Positions 63,410 through 64,000 of a DNA stretch of 64,000 bases are shown in pieces (the first letter of the stretch is position 1; every line of letters begins with the position of its first letter). The DNA is from a virus. Taxonomy: Duplodnaviria > Caudoviricetes. The notes under the pieces are model-generated. The model ran no database searches. It was not told the origin of the DNA and saw nothing but the letters and a program-made list of their open reading frames with translations. Location: IMG/VR virus record IMGVR_UViG_3300021255_000109, positions 32,001-96,000 of that record, one strand, 5' to 3'. The translations under genes and the position numbers were made by a program.

Positions 63410-63577
63410 GCTTGATACCTCCTTACAGTATTTATTATAGCACATTATCAGAAAATGTCAAGTCTAACTTTTCATTAATTTGCATTAAATTGTCTGACAA
63501 TTCGCCCGGGCGCGCCCGAACGCCTGTTCGGCGCTCGTTTGCGCTTGAGAGAGGAGACGAAAATTTTAGAAGTCGAG

Positions 63578-63653
63578 TGGACAAGACGGGAGTTGAACCC
63601 GTAACGCTCCATGTTGGTTATTTTGGCGCTCAGCGACCGTTTCGGCCTTGTCC
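63578..63653 (-). pseudogene. tRNA-like remnant
   Basis: Acceptor GGACAAG/CTTGTCC-A and T-arm ACGGG-TTCAACT-CCCGT; no canonical anticodon arm. Confidence 0.5.
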
Positions 63654-63694
63654 ATGTGCGGTTTTAAGGGATGACCGCAAACCCTAAGAGAGTG

Positions 63695-64000
63695 TCACGC
63701 AAGCTTGAAGTAAGCCTTACGCTTCACCATTTCACGCACCACCTGCTCAGACTTCATGAGCGGAGTCAGGAGAGCGGAAACACGCTGAGAAGTTGCGTCA
63801 TGGAGTGCCGGAACGGCTTCCATGATTTCGGAGATAGTGCGAGCCTGACCATCAGACAGGACGGCAAGGATTTCCTGACGCACAGCGTCATTCTCAACCT
63901 GAGTCTTGGTCGGCTTTCTATCAGCAGAGTTCTTCTTGACGATAGAAGCCATGAGAGCTTCCAGACGCTCCTTTACCTCTGCATTGTCAACTGAAGCGAT
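63695..64000 (-). CDS. Winged-HTH early protein, paralog of 61279-61614 (5' end outside window)
   Basis: RKPTKTQVEN...SQRVSALL..L...KRKAYF. Confidence 0.75.
   Translation of the reverse strand: MASVDNAEVKERLEALMASIVKKNSADRKPTKTQVENDAVRQEILAVLSDGQARTISEIMEAVPALHDATSQRVSALLTPLMKSEQVVREMVKRKAYFKLA

Larger units (their letters stand above)
60360..63531. promoter_or_regulatory. Five GCCCGGGC cassettes flanked by palindromic operator-like boxes, upstream of TTGACA...TATAAT promoters
   Basis: Cores at ~60380, 61224, 62038, 62991, 63504. Confidence 0.75.

Overview
A 64-kb segment of a large, AT-rich phage genome, probably infecting a gut or rumen Firmicutes (Clostridia-like) host. Nearly all genes are on the minus strand behind recurrent sigma-A-like promoters. 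The window holds a replication block (NAD ligase, type II topoisomerase A/B, RNase H), a lysis cassette, PhoH and an RNA-repair-like cluster (polynucleotide kinase, RNA ligase, three metallophosphoesterases, cyclic-phosphate receiver domains, and a DUF2828/vWA Ro-TROVE-like protein). It also has an RpoD-like sigma factor, a ~21-kb RNA island (about 30 tRNAs, a tmRNA, a ROOL-like large ncRNA), fibre-like genes, a candidate origin and an early region. The phage reads TAG as sense (very likely Gln): an amber-suppressor tRNA (anticodon CTA) is present and many lysis, fibre and other genes carry in-frame TAGs. Three observations stand out. (1) About 12 ncRNA elements share a covarying terminal stem plus an ACAGCAA-like motif; several carry whole, degenerate or circularly permuted (YrlA-like) tRNA modules, and they lie next to the Ro-like DUF2828 gene, suggesting a phage Ro/Y-RNA-like system. 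(2) A tRNA-Ile(GAT) is split by a PD-(D/E)XK nuclease insert with no room for a group I ribozyme. (3) GCCCGGGC cassettes flanked by LexA-, CodY- and DtxR-like boxes sit upstream of early promoters. All calls were made by eye; coordinates may be off by a few nt.
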